From: Minisyncoccota bacterium
GTDB taxonomy: Bacteria > Patescibacteriota > Microgenomatia > UBA1400 > PJMF01
Reading direction: 5' to 3'
DNA length: 64,000 bases
Assembly (NCBI GenBank): GCA_009991965.1
Contig: JAACWQ010000006.1
Location: 7,174 to 71,173, forward strand
Below, in pieces: positions 19,442 through 27,703 of this stretch (its first letter is position 1; each line of letters opens with the position of its first letter). Below the pieces are notes generated by a model. It ran no database searches and was not told the origin of the DNA. It saw nothing but the letters and a program-made list of their open reading frames with translations. Made by a program: the position numbers and the translations under genes.

Positions 19442-20648
19442 ACCAAAAATTTGCCTCGTCTACGACAGACTAACTACTCAATATGGAGGAGCAGAGTACC
19501 TTCTGCAGCAACTGCTCGAGGTCTTTCCAGACGCGCCACTTTTCACCGCTTTGTATAACCAATCTATAATCAAATGGGTAGACAAAAAACGAGTTCATGC
19601 ACTGCTTACTACGCGCTCACAAATCGCAAATAAACTCTATCCGTTTTTTGCCCCACTGCTACCACTTGCGTTTGAATCTTTGGATTTGAGTTCATATAGC
19701 ATCGTCATTTCCATCAGTAGCGCCGAAGCAAAAGGCGTGCTCACCAATCCAAACCAACTGCATATCAATTATCTCTTTAGCCCACCAAAGTATCTGAAAA
19801 CAAAAAATAATGCCTATCTTCGTTCGTATGGAGTTTTTAAGTTGCCCGGTATGCTTGCACTAGCCCAGTTGCCACTCCGATACCTTCGCTGGTGGGATCA
19901 AGCCGCTGCAGCACGACCTGATTACATTATTCCCATTTCAAAAACTATGCATACTCAGCTATCTGGCAGTTATGCCAAAAACTCACTCGCTCCAATCTAT
20001 CCACCAGTTGCCGCTCAAACTGCGGCGCATTCTGGCAAGTCCCCAACAAAAAAACCTTATTTCTTATCACTTTCAAGATTGGTTTGGTATAAACGAATCG
20101 ACATTGCAATTGCGGCAGCACAAAATACAAACTCGCTTTTATTGATTGCTGGTGAGGGCACAATGAAATCAGAACTGCAGAAACAAGCGGGCCAGCTGGC
20201 TGCAAACCGTCTTGTAGGCGAATCGATTACTGAGTGTGTTAAAAACGCACTCGCGAACGAGCAAATAATAATTTTCCTGGGACCCGTATCTCCACAAGAA
20301 AAAAATAATCTGTTATCAAACGCTCAGGCAACCGTACAAATGGGCACGGAAGACTTTGGCATTGTGGCAATTGAGAGCCTCGCGCATGGCACACCAGCGA
20401 TCGTATTTTCACAGTCGGGCGCAGCCGAAATTATCAGAAATGAACGTGATGGTTTGGTGCTTGCTAACCAAACAGAGAAAGATCTTTCTCTCGCTTTCAA
20501 ACGTGTACAAATGATGACCTTTTCTCCCAACAACTTGAGAGAGCAAGCAAAAAAAGTCTCAGCAGAAAAATATAAGAAAGCAATGAAAACAATAGTGTAT
20601 GATGTATGGAAAACTCATTGCAATGGAGTAAAAAACTATGCCTCATAA
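19416..20648 (+). CDS. GT4 (group 1) glycosyltransferase
   Basis: ICLVYDRLTTQYGGAEYLLQQL N-terminus and C-terminal GTEDFGIVAIESLAHGTPAIVFSQSGAAEII. ORF track start is 19398; the ATG at 19416 is the likelier start. Confidence 0.75.
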   Translation: MSTATHLPKPKICLVYDRLTTQYGGAEYLLQQLLEVFPDAPLFTALYNQSIIKWVDKKRVHALLTTRSQIANKLYPFFAPLLPLAFESLDLSSYSIVISISSAEAKGVLTNPNQLHINYLFSPPKYLKTKNNAYLRSYGVFKLPGMLALAQLPLRYLRWWDQAAAARPDYIIPISKTMHTQLSGSYAKNSLAPIYPPVAAQTAAHSGKSPTKKPYFLSLSRLVWYKRIDIAIAAAQNTNSLLLIAGEGTMKSELQKQAGQLAANRLVGESITECVKNALANEQIIIFLGPVSPQEKNNLLSNAQATVQMGTEDFGIVAIESLAHGTPAIVFSQSGAAEIIRNERDGLVLANQTEKDLSLAFKRVQMMTFSPNNLREQAKKVSAEKYKKAMKTIVYDVWKTHCNGVKNYAS

Positions 20649-21741
20649 CGAACACGTATACGCAGTATTGTTAGCCGGTGGCGGTGGCACTCGACTTTGG
20701 CCAAAATCAAGAGAGAAGACTCCAAAGCAATTTCTCAAACTTTTTGGCAACGAAACGATGCTTCAGTACACAGTGCATAGAATCACAAAGTTGGTGCCCT
20801 GGGAAAAAATTATTGTTGTGACTAACATGAAGTATCAATCTGAGGTACTAAAAGAACTCCCAAAAATTCCAAAAGAAAACATCATTTCGGAACCAGAAAA
20901 AAAAGATACTGCGCTCGCCATGTTGGTTGGAACGCTCTACGCTCGGTCTCTAGACAAGGACGCAATTATTATCAACTCTGCTTCCGACCATGTTGTGAGT
21001 GATGAAACAGAGTTTGTGAGAGTCATGAGAGCAGCCGTCCAGGTTGCCGCTGGCAATGAATCGATGGTAACTGTCGGGATTACCCCGACGCACCCCGCAA
21101 CTGGGTTTGGCTACATAAAAATCGGCCATGATCTCACAAAACTCGAAAAAGGCTTGTCGCTTTTTTCAGTTGATAGTTTCACTGAAAAACCAAACCAAGC
21201 TACCGCGAGAGCTTTCATTTCTACTGGCAGGTATTTTTGGAATGCCAACATGTATGTTTGGTCTAGCACTGCCTTAATCAACGCTTTTGCGAAACATATG
21301 CCCGAAATGTTACATCAAACTGAACGGCTTACGGAAACAAAAGGGACAGCATTTGTTGAACTATTACCAAAGATATACGCAAAATCAGAAGCTATTTCAA
21401 TCGATTATGCGATTTCCGAAAAAGCTGAAAATCTTGTCTTAATACCTGGAGATTTTGGCTGGAATGACGTCGGCGACTGGAAAGTTGTCTATGAACTCGA
21501 GAAAAGAGACGTCGATGGCAATGTTTTTCTTAGCGACTCAAATGAGCCAAATGTACTTTCAATTGGTTCTACCGATAATTTGGTGCATGCTAACGGGCGA
21601 TTGGTTGCACTTGTCGGCATCAAAGATATGGTTGTAATTGACACAAACGAAATTTTAATGATCATTCCCAAAAACCAAAGTCAGGATGTCAAAAAAATTG
21701 TCGAGCGCCTCAAAGAGGAGAAACAGGTAGAATACCTCTAA
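20638..21741 (+). CDS. manC: mannose-1-phosphate guanylyltransferase (GDP-mannose pyrophosphorylase)
   Basis: YAVLLAGGGGTRLWPKSREKTPKQFLKLFG sugar-nucleotidyltransferase G-rich loop, and the ManC-type central region ...GFGYIKIG...FTEKP. Confidence 0.8.
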   Translation: MPHNEHVYAVLLAGGGGTRLWPKSREKTPKQFLKLFGNETMLQYTVHRITKLVPWEKIIVVTNMKYQSEVLKELPKIPKENIISEPEKKDTALAMLVGTLYARSLDKDAIIINSASDHVVSDETEFVRVMRAAVQVAAGNESMVTVGITPTHPATGFGYIKIGHDLTKLEKGLSLFSVDSFTEKPNQATARAFISTGRYFWNANMYVWSSTALINAFAKHMPEMLHQTERLTETKGTAFVELLPKIYAKSEAISIDYAISEKAENLVLIPGDFGWNDVGDWKVVYELEKRDVDGNVFLSDSNEPNVLSIGSTDNLVHANGRLVALVGIKDMVVIDTNEILMIIPKNQSQDVKKIVERLKEEKQVEYL

Positions 21742-21744
21742 ACC

Positions 21745-22365
21745 ATGACATACCTAGCACAGAAACGCGTACTAGATCTTGTTGTTGCTCTCGGACTTAT
21801 AATCTTATTTTTACCTGTTTGGCTGATTGTCCCCATCCTTATCTACTTCGACTCGGGACGACCAATTTTTTTCACCCACAAACGTGTTGGTCTCAATAAC
21901 AAAGAATTCCACCTCTATAAATTTCGCTCCATGGTTATCGACGCCGATAATATTTTGCACAAACAAAATAAAAAGTTGCTCAAAGAATTTAAAGACAACG
22001 ACTGGAAAATTCCAAATGATCCCAGAATCACCAAATTAGGAAAAATTTTGCGCTCGCTCACCATCGATGAATTTCCACAGCTACTCAATGTCTTACGAGG
22101 AGAGATGTCTATGGTTGGACCAAGAGCATATGTCCGCAGAGAACTTGAAGAACAAAGTGAGCGGTACCCCGAGACAAAACCATACATCAGTCAAATATTG
22201 AGCATCAAACCTGGAATAACAGGTCCCTGGCAAACGAGCGGTAGAAATGAGATTCCATTCATTCAACGATCTAAAATGGATGCAGACTATGCGACAAATT
22301 CTTCGCTACTACGAGACATACAGATTTTAATCAAAACCCCACAGGCGATGATTTCAAAGTGGTGA
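21745..22365 (+). CDS. small monotopic phosphoglycosyl transferase (initiating polyprenyl-phosphate sugar-1-phosphate transferase, PglC/WbaP-C-terminal-domain-like)
   Basis: VLDLVVALGLIILFLPVWLIVPILIYFDSGRPIFFTHKRVGLNNKEFHLYKFRSM...DEFPQLLNVLRGEMSMVGPRAY is the Bac_transf family signature. Only 206 aa with a single N-terminal hydrophobic segment. Confidence 0.85.
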   Translation: MTYLAQKRVLDLVVALGLIILFLPVWLIVPILIYFDSGRPIFFTHKRVGLNNKEFHLYKFRSMVIDADNILHKQNKKLLKEFKDNDWKIPNDPRITKLGKILRSLTIDEFPQLLNVLRGEMSMVGPRAYVRRELEEQSERYPETKPYISQILSIKPGITGPWQTSGRNEIPFIQRSKMDADYATNSSLLRDIQILIKTPQAMISKW

Positions 22366-22367
22366 TT

Positions 22368-22395
22368 GGAGCAGAGATCACTTCTTTGCTATACT
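22368..22395 (+). promoter_or_regulatory. sigma70-like promoter candidate (TTGGAG-16 nt-TGcTATACT) ending 10 nt before the ATG at 22406
   Basis: -35 TTGGAG at 22368-73, TGc plus TATACT at 22387-95, ATG at 22406. Geometry predicts a leaderless or near-leaderless transcript. Confidence 0.4.
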
Positions 22396-22405
22396 AAAAA
22401 CTCAT

Positions 22406-24355
22406 ATGAACCTGCCGCAGAATTTTGAACCAGAAATTATTCCAGAAATTACTCCAGAAATATCTGCTCCGCAAAACTGGTGGCTCGCTCGTAAGTCATG
22501 GCAAAAAGTGGCTATCACTGCTTTGGTCATTTTCACTATTTTCATTGGAGTTGGCGCGACACTAGCCCTCAAAACATATCGCGTACTCCAATCATTGCAA
22601 TTCCAGGCCGGTGAAGTTCAAATTGTCAGTCAAGAAACCTATGGTCATTTTAAGGCGCAAAATTTGCCACCAATTCAAGAAAACCTCAATCAACTTGAAG
22701 GGCGATTACAAGAAATGAAAGCAACATACGAACAACTTTCATTTTATAGAGCCATTCCAATTGCTCGAAATTACTATCTGGATGGTGAACACAGTTTCGT
22801 TGCAGCTCAATCAGGTTTGTCTGCCGCGAAAAAATCGATCGATACACTCGTACCCTACGCCGATGTGCTCGGTTTTTCTGGTGAAGGTTCATTTCAAGGT
22901 GGAACCGCCGAAGACAGATTAAAAATAATACTCGAAACACTCGATAAAATTGCACCTATTCTTGACGAAATTGCAGCAGACTTACGCACCACAGAATCAG
23001 AATTGGCACAAATTTCTCCGGATCGTTATCCAGAAACTATCAAAGACATGCCAGTCAGAGCTTCAATTTTGCAGGCCCAAGAAATTTCCCGTGCTGCCGT
23101 TATAGCGGTAACAGAGTACCGCCCTGTGATTGAACAACTACCAAGCATTGCTGGTGGCAGAGGAGAGCGAAAGAAATATCTTGTGCTGTTTCAAAACGAC
23201 GCAGAACTACGGCCAACTGGTGGTTTCCTCACCGCCTTTGCTGTTATTAATATCGAGAATGGCAAAGTAGAACCAGAAAAATCGGATGATATCTACGAGC
23301 TAGACAAAAAATACAGAAGTAAATTACCGATTCCAGAAGAATTGGGACGCTATCTCACGACCGAGAAATCGTGGAACCTTCGAGATATGAATATTTCTCC
23401 AGATTTCAAAGTTTCCATGGAGCAGTTCTTTCCAGAGTACAGTAGTGTTCCTGGAGAACCTGATAACATCGACGGCATCATTACTGTAGACACAAAAGTC
23501 CTCACTGACTTGCTTACAGTACTCGGACCAGTTGAAGTACCGGGTTATGGTCTGTTTTCTAGTGAAATTGATCCACGCTGCGACTGTCCAGAAATTATCT
23601 ATATTTTGTCTGAGATTATTACCAGACCTACTCCATATCTCCGAGATGATCGCAAAGGAGTCCTTGGTCCACTCATGCGCTCAGTACTAACCAAGTCTTA
23701 CTCCAGTCCAAAAACTATTTGGCCACAGCTCTTTCAAACTGGTCTAGAAAATATTGCTGGCAGACACATCCAGTTCTATTTCTTAGATCCAGCCGCGCAA
23801 GCTGCAGCAGAAACCTTGAACGCTGCGGGCAGACTCATCCCAGAACCAGATTCTGACTTCCTCGCAATCGTAAACGCAAATCTAGCTGGTGCTAAATCAA
23901 ACTTGTTCGTCACGTATGACATTGAACAAACTGTGTCGGCTCCACAAGATGGATTCATCACAAAACAACTCGAGATAACCTACAAAAACTCAAGAAAGTC
24001 GGATAACTGCAATCTCGAAGCTGGTTTACTGTGCCTCAACTCAACTCTGAAAGATTGGACAAGAATTTATGTGCCAGCAGGTAGCGAGGTAATTAGCTCA
24101 GAAGGTTTCAAAGAAGATGCGCGCATGACCGAAGAACTTGGATTCTCCGTTATCAACGGCTTCTTTAGTCTAGAGCCACTTGGTTCTGCCAAGATCAAGC
24201 TTGAGTATAAGGTTCCGTACACCAATCAAGATTTGTATCAGCTAAAAATTTGGAAACAGGGTGGCATCGATTCTATTCCTGTACTCCTGGACACCAATGG
24301 TACTCAAGAACAACTCGAGATACTAAAAGATACAACATACTCAGTCGCATTTTGA
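22406..24355 (+). CDS. large membrane-anchored extracytoplasmic protein, probably DUF4012 family
   Basis: N-terminal PEIIPEITPEIS repeats and one TM helix (VAITALVIFTIFIGVGATLAL), then a coiled-coil region and the central motif YLVLFQNDAELRPTGGFLTAFAV. I recall this motif as characteristic of DUF4012 (actinobacterial/CPR proteins encoded next to cell-wall glycan loci). Assignment is from memory. Confidence 0.5.
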   Translation: MNLPQNFEPEIIPEITPEISAPQNWWLARKSWQKVAITALVIFTIFIGVGATLALKTYRVLQSLQFQAGEVQIVSQETYGHFKAQNLPPIQENLNQLEGRLQEMKATYEQLSFYRAIPIARNYYLDGEHSFVAAQSGLSAAKKSIDTLVPYADVLGFSGEGSFQGGTAEDRLKIILETLDKIAPILDEIAADLRTTESELAQISPDRYPETIKDMPVRASILQAQEISRAAVIAVTEYRPVIEQLPSIAGGRGERKKYLVLFQNDAELRPTGGFLTAFAVINIENGKVEPEKSDDIYELDKKYRSKLPIPEELGRYLTTEKSWNLRDMNISPDFKVSMEQFFPEYSSVPGEPDNIDGIITVDTKVLTDLLTVLGPVEVPGYGLFSSEIDPRCDCPEIIYILSEIITRPTPYLRDDRKGVLGPLMRSVLTKSYSSPKTIWPQLFQTGLENIAGRHIQFYFLDPAAQAAAETLNAAGRLIPEPDSDFLAIVNANLAGAKSNLFVTYDIEQTVSAPQDGFITKQLEITYKNSRKSDNCNLEAGLLCLNSTLKDWTRIYVPAGSEVISSEGFKEDARMTEELGFSVINGFFSLEPLGSAKIKLEYKVPYTNQDLYQLKIWKQGGIDSIPVLLDTNGTQEQLEILKDTTYSVAF

Positions 24356-24365
24356 GCATAAAGAA

Positions 24366-24908
24366 TTGATGGCAGCTCACACTTTTAATGTTACCGGTAT
24401 CGTTCTCAAACGATACAATGTTGGCGAACTCGACAGAGCGATCACTATACTCACCAAAGAAGAAGGAAAAAGTGTGTACATCGCCAAGGGCGTACGTCGG
24501 ATCGGTTCATCGAGCGCAGGTAATCTCGAGCCTGGTTCGTTAGTAACCGCACACTGCATCAAAACCAAGTCTATCCCGCTCATCACCCAAACAAAACTCC
24601 ATCTACAAGCGCTTGAGAGCACCAACTCGCTCTCGCAAGTGAGAAGAGTGCAACAGTTACTCGAAATTTTTGACTGCCTCTTTGTCCCTGAAGAACTGGA
24701 CGACACAATGTTTGCTCATATCACCGCGCTGTATTCCGCTGTCATACAAAAGCAAACCGCCCTCTCTGAGCTACGCTCAAAGATCGTCGATCTCGTACGA
24801 CTGCTTGGCTATGATATTTCTAGTGAAGAAGGAGCATCACTCTCAGAACAATTGGCCACTATTTTTGAACGTCCGCTGAGAAGTTTTGAGTACTTACTAG
24901 TCAAATAG
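24366..24908 (+). CDS. recO: DNA repair protein RecO (short form)
   Basis: N-terminal OB-fold pattern GIVLKRYNVGELDRAITILTKEEGKSVYIAKGVRR resembles RecO EGIVLR..DYGE.D.I..L.T.E.GK....AKGA(R/K)(R/K). At 180 aa it is shorter than the E. coli and B. subtilis proteins (about 240-255 aa). Confidence 0.6.
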   Translation: MMAAHTFNVTGIVLKRYNVGELDRAITILTKEEGKSVYIAKGVRRIGSSSAGNLEPGSLVTAHCIKTKSIPLITQTKLHLQALESTNSLSQVRRVQQLLEIFDCLFVPEELDDTMFAHITALYSAVIQKQTALSELRSKIVDLVRLLGYDISSEEGASLSEQLATIFERPLRSFEYLLVK

Positions 24909-24935
24909 CTACCAGATTGCTACAATCTCGAGTAC

Positions 24936-26330
24936 ATGCAGATAACTCCAACCACACTTGATTCCCTCGTCAGTCTGACAAAACGCCGCGGCTTTGTATT
25001 TCAAACCTCGAGCATTTATGGTGGTTTGGCTAACTCATACGACTACGGGCCGCTTGGTGTTGAGCTGCTTCGCAATATCAAAAATCTCTGGTGGCAGACA
25101 TTTATTCATCAGCGTGAAGACATGGTTGGTCTCGATTCGCAAATTCTATTGCATCCCAAAACATGGGTTGCTTCTGGTCATACAACTGCATTCAATGATC
25201 CTCTCGTAGAAGATCTGGTCACACAAAAAAGATATCGCGCAGATCATCTGATAGAAGAATGGCAAGAAAAAAATAATCAAACCTCTGAAACCAAGCCAGA
25301 AGAAATGAATGTTGCGGGTATGGGCTCCTATATCGAAAAACACAAAATCCCTAGCCCAGACGGCAATCCCGTCTCTCCGCCAAAGGTGTTTAATCTCTTA
25401 TTTGAGACCTCAATTGGAGCCGTTTCTGGTGAAAAATCTGTTGTCTATCTACGCGGAGAAACGGCCCAAGGTATTTTCACTAACTTTACTAACATCAAAA
25501 ACTCCACTCGAATACAACTGCCCTTTGGTGTTGGACAAATCGGCAAAAGCTTCCGCAACGAAGTAACTACCGGGCAATTTGTTTTTCGCACGCTCGAGTT
25601 TGAGCAGGCAGAAATTGAATACTTCTTTGATCCCGAGACAGAAGACTGGCAAAAATTGTTTGAAGATTGGAAGCAGGCCATGTGGACGTTCGTGACCAAA
25701 ACTTTGGGAATTAGCGAAGAAAATCTCCGCTGGAGAAGACACACCGATACCGAGCGAAGCCACTATAGCAAAGACACCTACGACCTCGATTACAAGTTTC
25801 CTTTTGGCTGGAAAGAGCTGTGGGGCGTAGCATACCGAACAAATTATGACCTGACACAACACCAAACACACTCTGGCGAAAGCTTAGAAGCAGCCGATGC
25901 CGAAAACACCCGACGGTTTATCCCTCACGTCATTGAACCCGCTGTTGGTATCAACCGATTATTTATGATGGTCTTAGCAGAACACTACTGGGAGGACAGT
26001 GAAAAATCTCGCACCGTACTTCGCCTGCCTGCACAACTCGCGCCCTATACAGTTGCTGTATTTCCACTTGCAAGAAATAAACCAGAGCTTATTGCGGCTG
26101 CGAAAGCTATTTATAAACAACTGGTTATGGAAGTTCCTACTACTTGGGACGATAGAAGCAATATTGGCAAACGGTATCTGTACCAGGATGAGGCAGGCAC
26201 ACCATACTGTGTAACAGTCGACTATCAAACTCTTGAAGACAACACTGTCACGATTCGCAACCGCGATACGACCGAACAAATTAGAATTGCTTCCGACCAA
26301 ATACTCAAGTACCTCAAAAAAAACAGCTAG
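24936..26330 (+). CDS. glyQS: glycine--tRNA ligase, alpha2 (eukaryote/archaeal-like) type
   Basis: VFQTSSIYGGLANSYDYGPLGVELLRNIKNLWWQTFI class II motif 1 region and ...FRNEVTTGQFVFRTLEFEQAEIEYF motif 2. Length 464 aa. Confidence 0.9.
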   Translation: MQITPTTLDSLVSLTKRRGFVFQTSSIYGGLANSYDYGPLGVELLRNIKNLWWQTFIHQREDMVGLDSQILLHPKTWVASGHTTAFNDPLVEDLVTQKRYRADHLIEEWQEKNNQTSETKPEEMNVAGMGSYIEKHKIPSPDGNPVSPPKVFNLLFETSIGAVSGEKSVVYLRGETAQGIFTNFTNIKNSTRIQLPFGVGQIGKSFRNEVTTGQFVFRTLEFEQAEIEYFFDPETEDWQKLFEDWKQAMWTFVTKTLGISEENLRWRRHTDTERSHYSKDTYDLDYKFPFGWKELWGVAYRTNYDLTQHQTHSGESLEAADAENTRRFIPHVIEPAVGINRLFMMVLAEHYWEDSEKSRTVLRLPAQLAPYTVAVFPLARNKPELIAAAKAIYKQLVMEVPTTWDDRSNIGKRYLYQDEAGTPYCVTVDYQTLEDNTVTIRNRDTTEQIRIASDQILKYLKKNS

Positions 26331-26364
26331 ACTCAAATGTCTCAGCTATGATAGGCTAAATCTT

Positions 26365-27153
26365 ATGAAAAAACCGATTATCGTTGGAGTAGGTGTTGTA
26401 ATTTTGATCATCGGCGCGATTGTTTTCTGGAAAATGCGTCCAAGCTCAGAACCTGAAAAAGTAGTTGCGGAAAAAAAGCGTATTGTCCAACCAGTCAATA
26501 TTATCCCCCAAGAAGAACGCCCATACATCGCGATCTCACCACAGGCTGACGGCAGGAACATCGTTATTTCTATCAATTCAGTGCAGAAAGAAGCAATCGA
26601 AGTAGAGTACGAACTTGAGTATCAAGCCGGCACACTGCTTCAAGGCGCCTTCGGTTCTTTTCAGCTCACAACAATTCCCGCTACAGAAAAAATTCTCTTG
26701 GGTAGTTGTAGTGCTGGCGGTGCCTGTACCTATCACGAAGATGTTAGGGGCGGTTCACTCACAAGTACTTTTGGTGGTCCCGAGGACTACAGTCTCAAAA
26801 CTGATTGGAAATATATTGATAACAAAGCAAAGGAAGCTAGCTTTTCTTCAAAGGACGGCAAGTTCCAAATTGAGGCAAAGACACTCGCAAGTACACGCTA
26901 TATCATCATTGGAAATGCATCCGGTATTCCAAAAGGATACAAAGGAAAAATTGCCTCTGAACCATATTCGTTCGAAACAAGTAGCGCTCTGTCTGGTGAA
27001 GCGACGCTGAGCATTCGCGCCGCTAGTGAAGAGTCGCTCACAATTCTTGGTTGGGACGGATTTGCCTGGAAAAATTTCCCTACGACCCAAGATGGCAAGC
27101 TCGCTACTGCGACCGTCTCGCTCTTGCCACTGTATGTCGTTGTAACCCAATAA
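26365..27153 (+). CDS. membrane-anchored hypothetical exported protein
   Basis: MKKPIIVGVGVVILIIGAIVFW signal-anchor, then a Ser/Thr/Gly-rich beta-type soluble domain. ORF track start 26233 overlaps glyQS; the ATG at 26365 is the likelier start. Confidence 0.55.
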   Translation: MKKPIIVGVGVVILIIGAIVFWKMRPSSEPEKVVAEKKRIVQPVNIIPQEERPYIAISPQADGRNIVISINSVQKEAIEVEYELEYQAGTLLQGAFGSFQLTTIPATEKILLGSCSAGGACTYHEDVRGGSLTSTFGGPEDYSLKTDWKYIDNKAKEASFSSKDGKFQIEAKTLASTRYIIIGNASGIPKGYKGKIASEPYSFETSSALSGEATLSIRAASEESLTILGWDGFAWKNFPTTQDGKLATATVSLLPLYVVVTQ

Positions 27154-27186
27154 TTTTCTTTCAAACACCACTTCCTACTGCGTAGT

Positions 27187-27211
27187 AACACGATCGTTTC
27201 GTGTTTTTTTT
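27187..27211 (+). terminator. rho-independent terminator downstream of 26365..27153
   Basis: AACACGA-tcgtt-TCGTGTT perfect 7-bp stem (27187-27205), followed by a T8 run (27204-27211). Confidence 0.7.
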
Positions 27212-27250
27212 GTATTTACTTCTCGATTGAGAACGTCATAATGCTGAATT

Positions 27251-27298
27251 GTGGTAAACAGTGGTAAATTATCTTATAGTTAATGTTTATTGGTAAAT
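27251..27298 (+). promoter_or_regulatory. candidate MraZ operator: three direct repeats (GTGGTAAA, GTGGTAAA, tTGGTAAAt) in helical phase upstream of and overlapping the mraZ start
   Basis: GTGGTAAA at 27251-58 and 27261-68 are exactly 10 bp apart. A third copy TGGTAAAT at 27291-98 lies 30 bp further on, inside codons 3-6 of mraZ. MraZ proteins are known to autoregulate by binding short direct GTGG-type repeats in the mraZ promoter. Confidence 0.5.
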
Positions 27299-27702
27299 AT
27301 TACTATACGCTCGAATCTAAAGGAAGAGTTTCTCTGCCGAAAGTATTTCGTGAGAATAGAGCGAGCTGGATAATCACTCGAGGTTTGGATGGAGCGCTTT
27401 TCTTATTTCCTGAAGAGACCTATCAGCTTGAGGTTGAAAAACTCTCACAACTCTCGACCAATAAACGTGTGGTACGGGACGCAATCAGATTACTCAGCAA
27501 CGATGCTGCCGATCTCAGACCAGACAAGCTTGGAAGAATTAGCATTCCCGAACATCTTATTGATGCAGTTGGCCTTACTAAAAATTTGGTGATAGTTGGC
27601 AGCTTGAACAAAGTTGAAATTTGGAACAGAGAGACCTACCACACATATATTGAGGAACTGAATAAAAACGCTGAGGCAACCGTCGAACAACTAGAAAATT
27701 AA
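27283..27702 (+). CDS. mraZ: transcriptional regulator MraZ
   Basis: MFIGKYYYTLESKGRVSLPKVFRE matches the MraZ N-terminus (compare E. coli [24 protein letters not shown]). A second duplicated half-domain is present. Confidence 0.9.
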   Translation: MFIGKYYYTLESKGRVSLPKVFRENRASWIITRGLDGALFLFPEETYQLEVEKLSQLSTNKRVVRDAIRLLSNDAADLRPDKLGRISIPEHLIDAVGLTKNLVIVGSLNKVEIWNRETYHTYIEELNKNAEATVEQLEN

Positions 27703-27703
27703 T

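Noticed and set aside
24909-24935. T-box or riboswitch leaders upstream of glyQS (24909-24935) and ileS (43233-43270)
   Set aside because: The intergenic spaces are only 27 and 38 nt, far too short for a T-box or any known riboswitch. Promoter-like hexamers sit directly against the start codons.
27224-27282. Exact -35/-10 assignment for the mraZ/dcw promoter (TTGAGA 27227-32, CATAAT 27237-42, TATAGT 27275-80)
   Set aside because: The hexamer spacings are non-canonical (4 nt, or a -10 only 2 nt from the ATG). A promoter must be in this 70-bp interval, but I cannot place it confidently, so only the direct repeats are reported.
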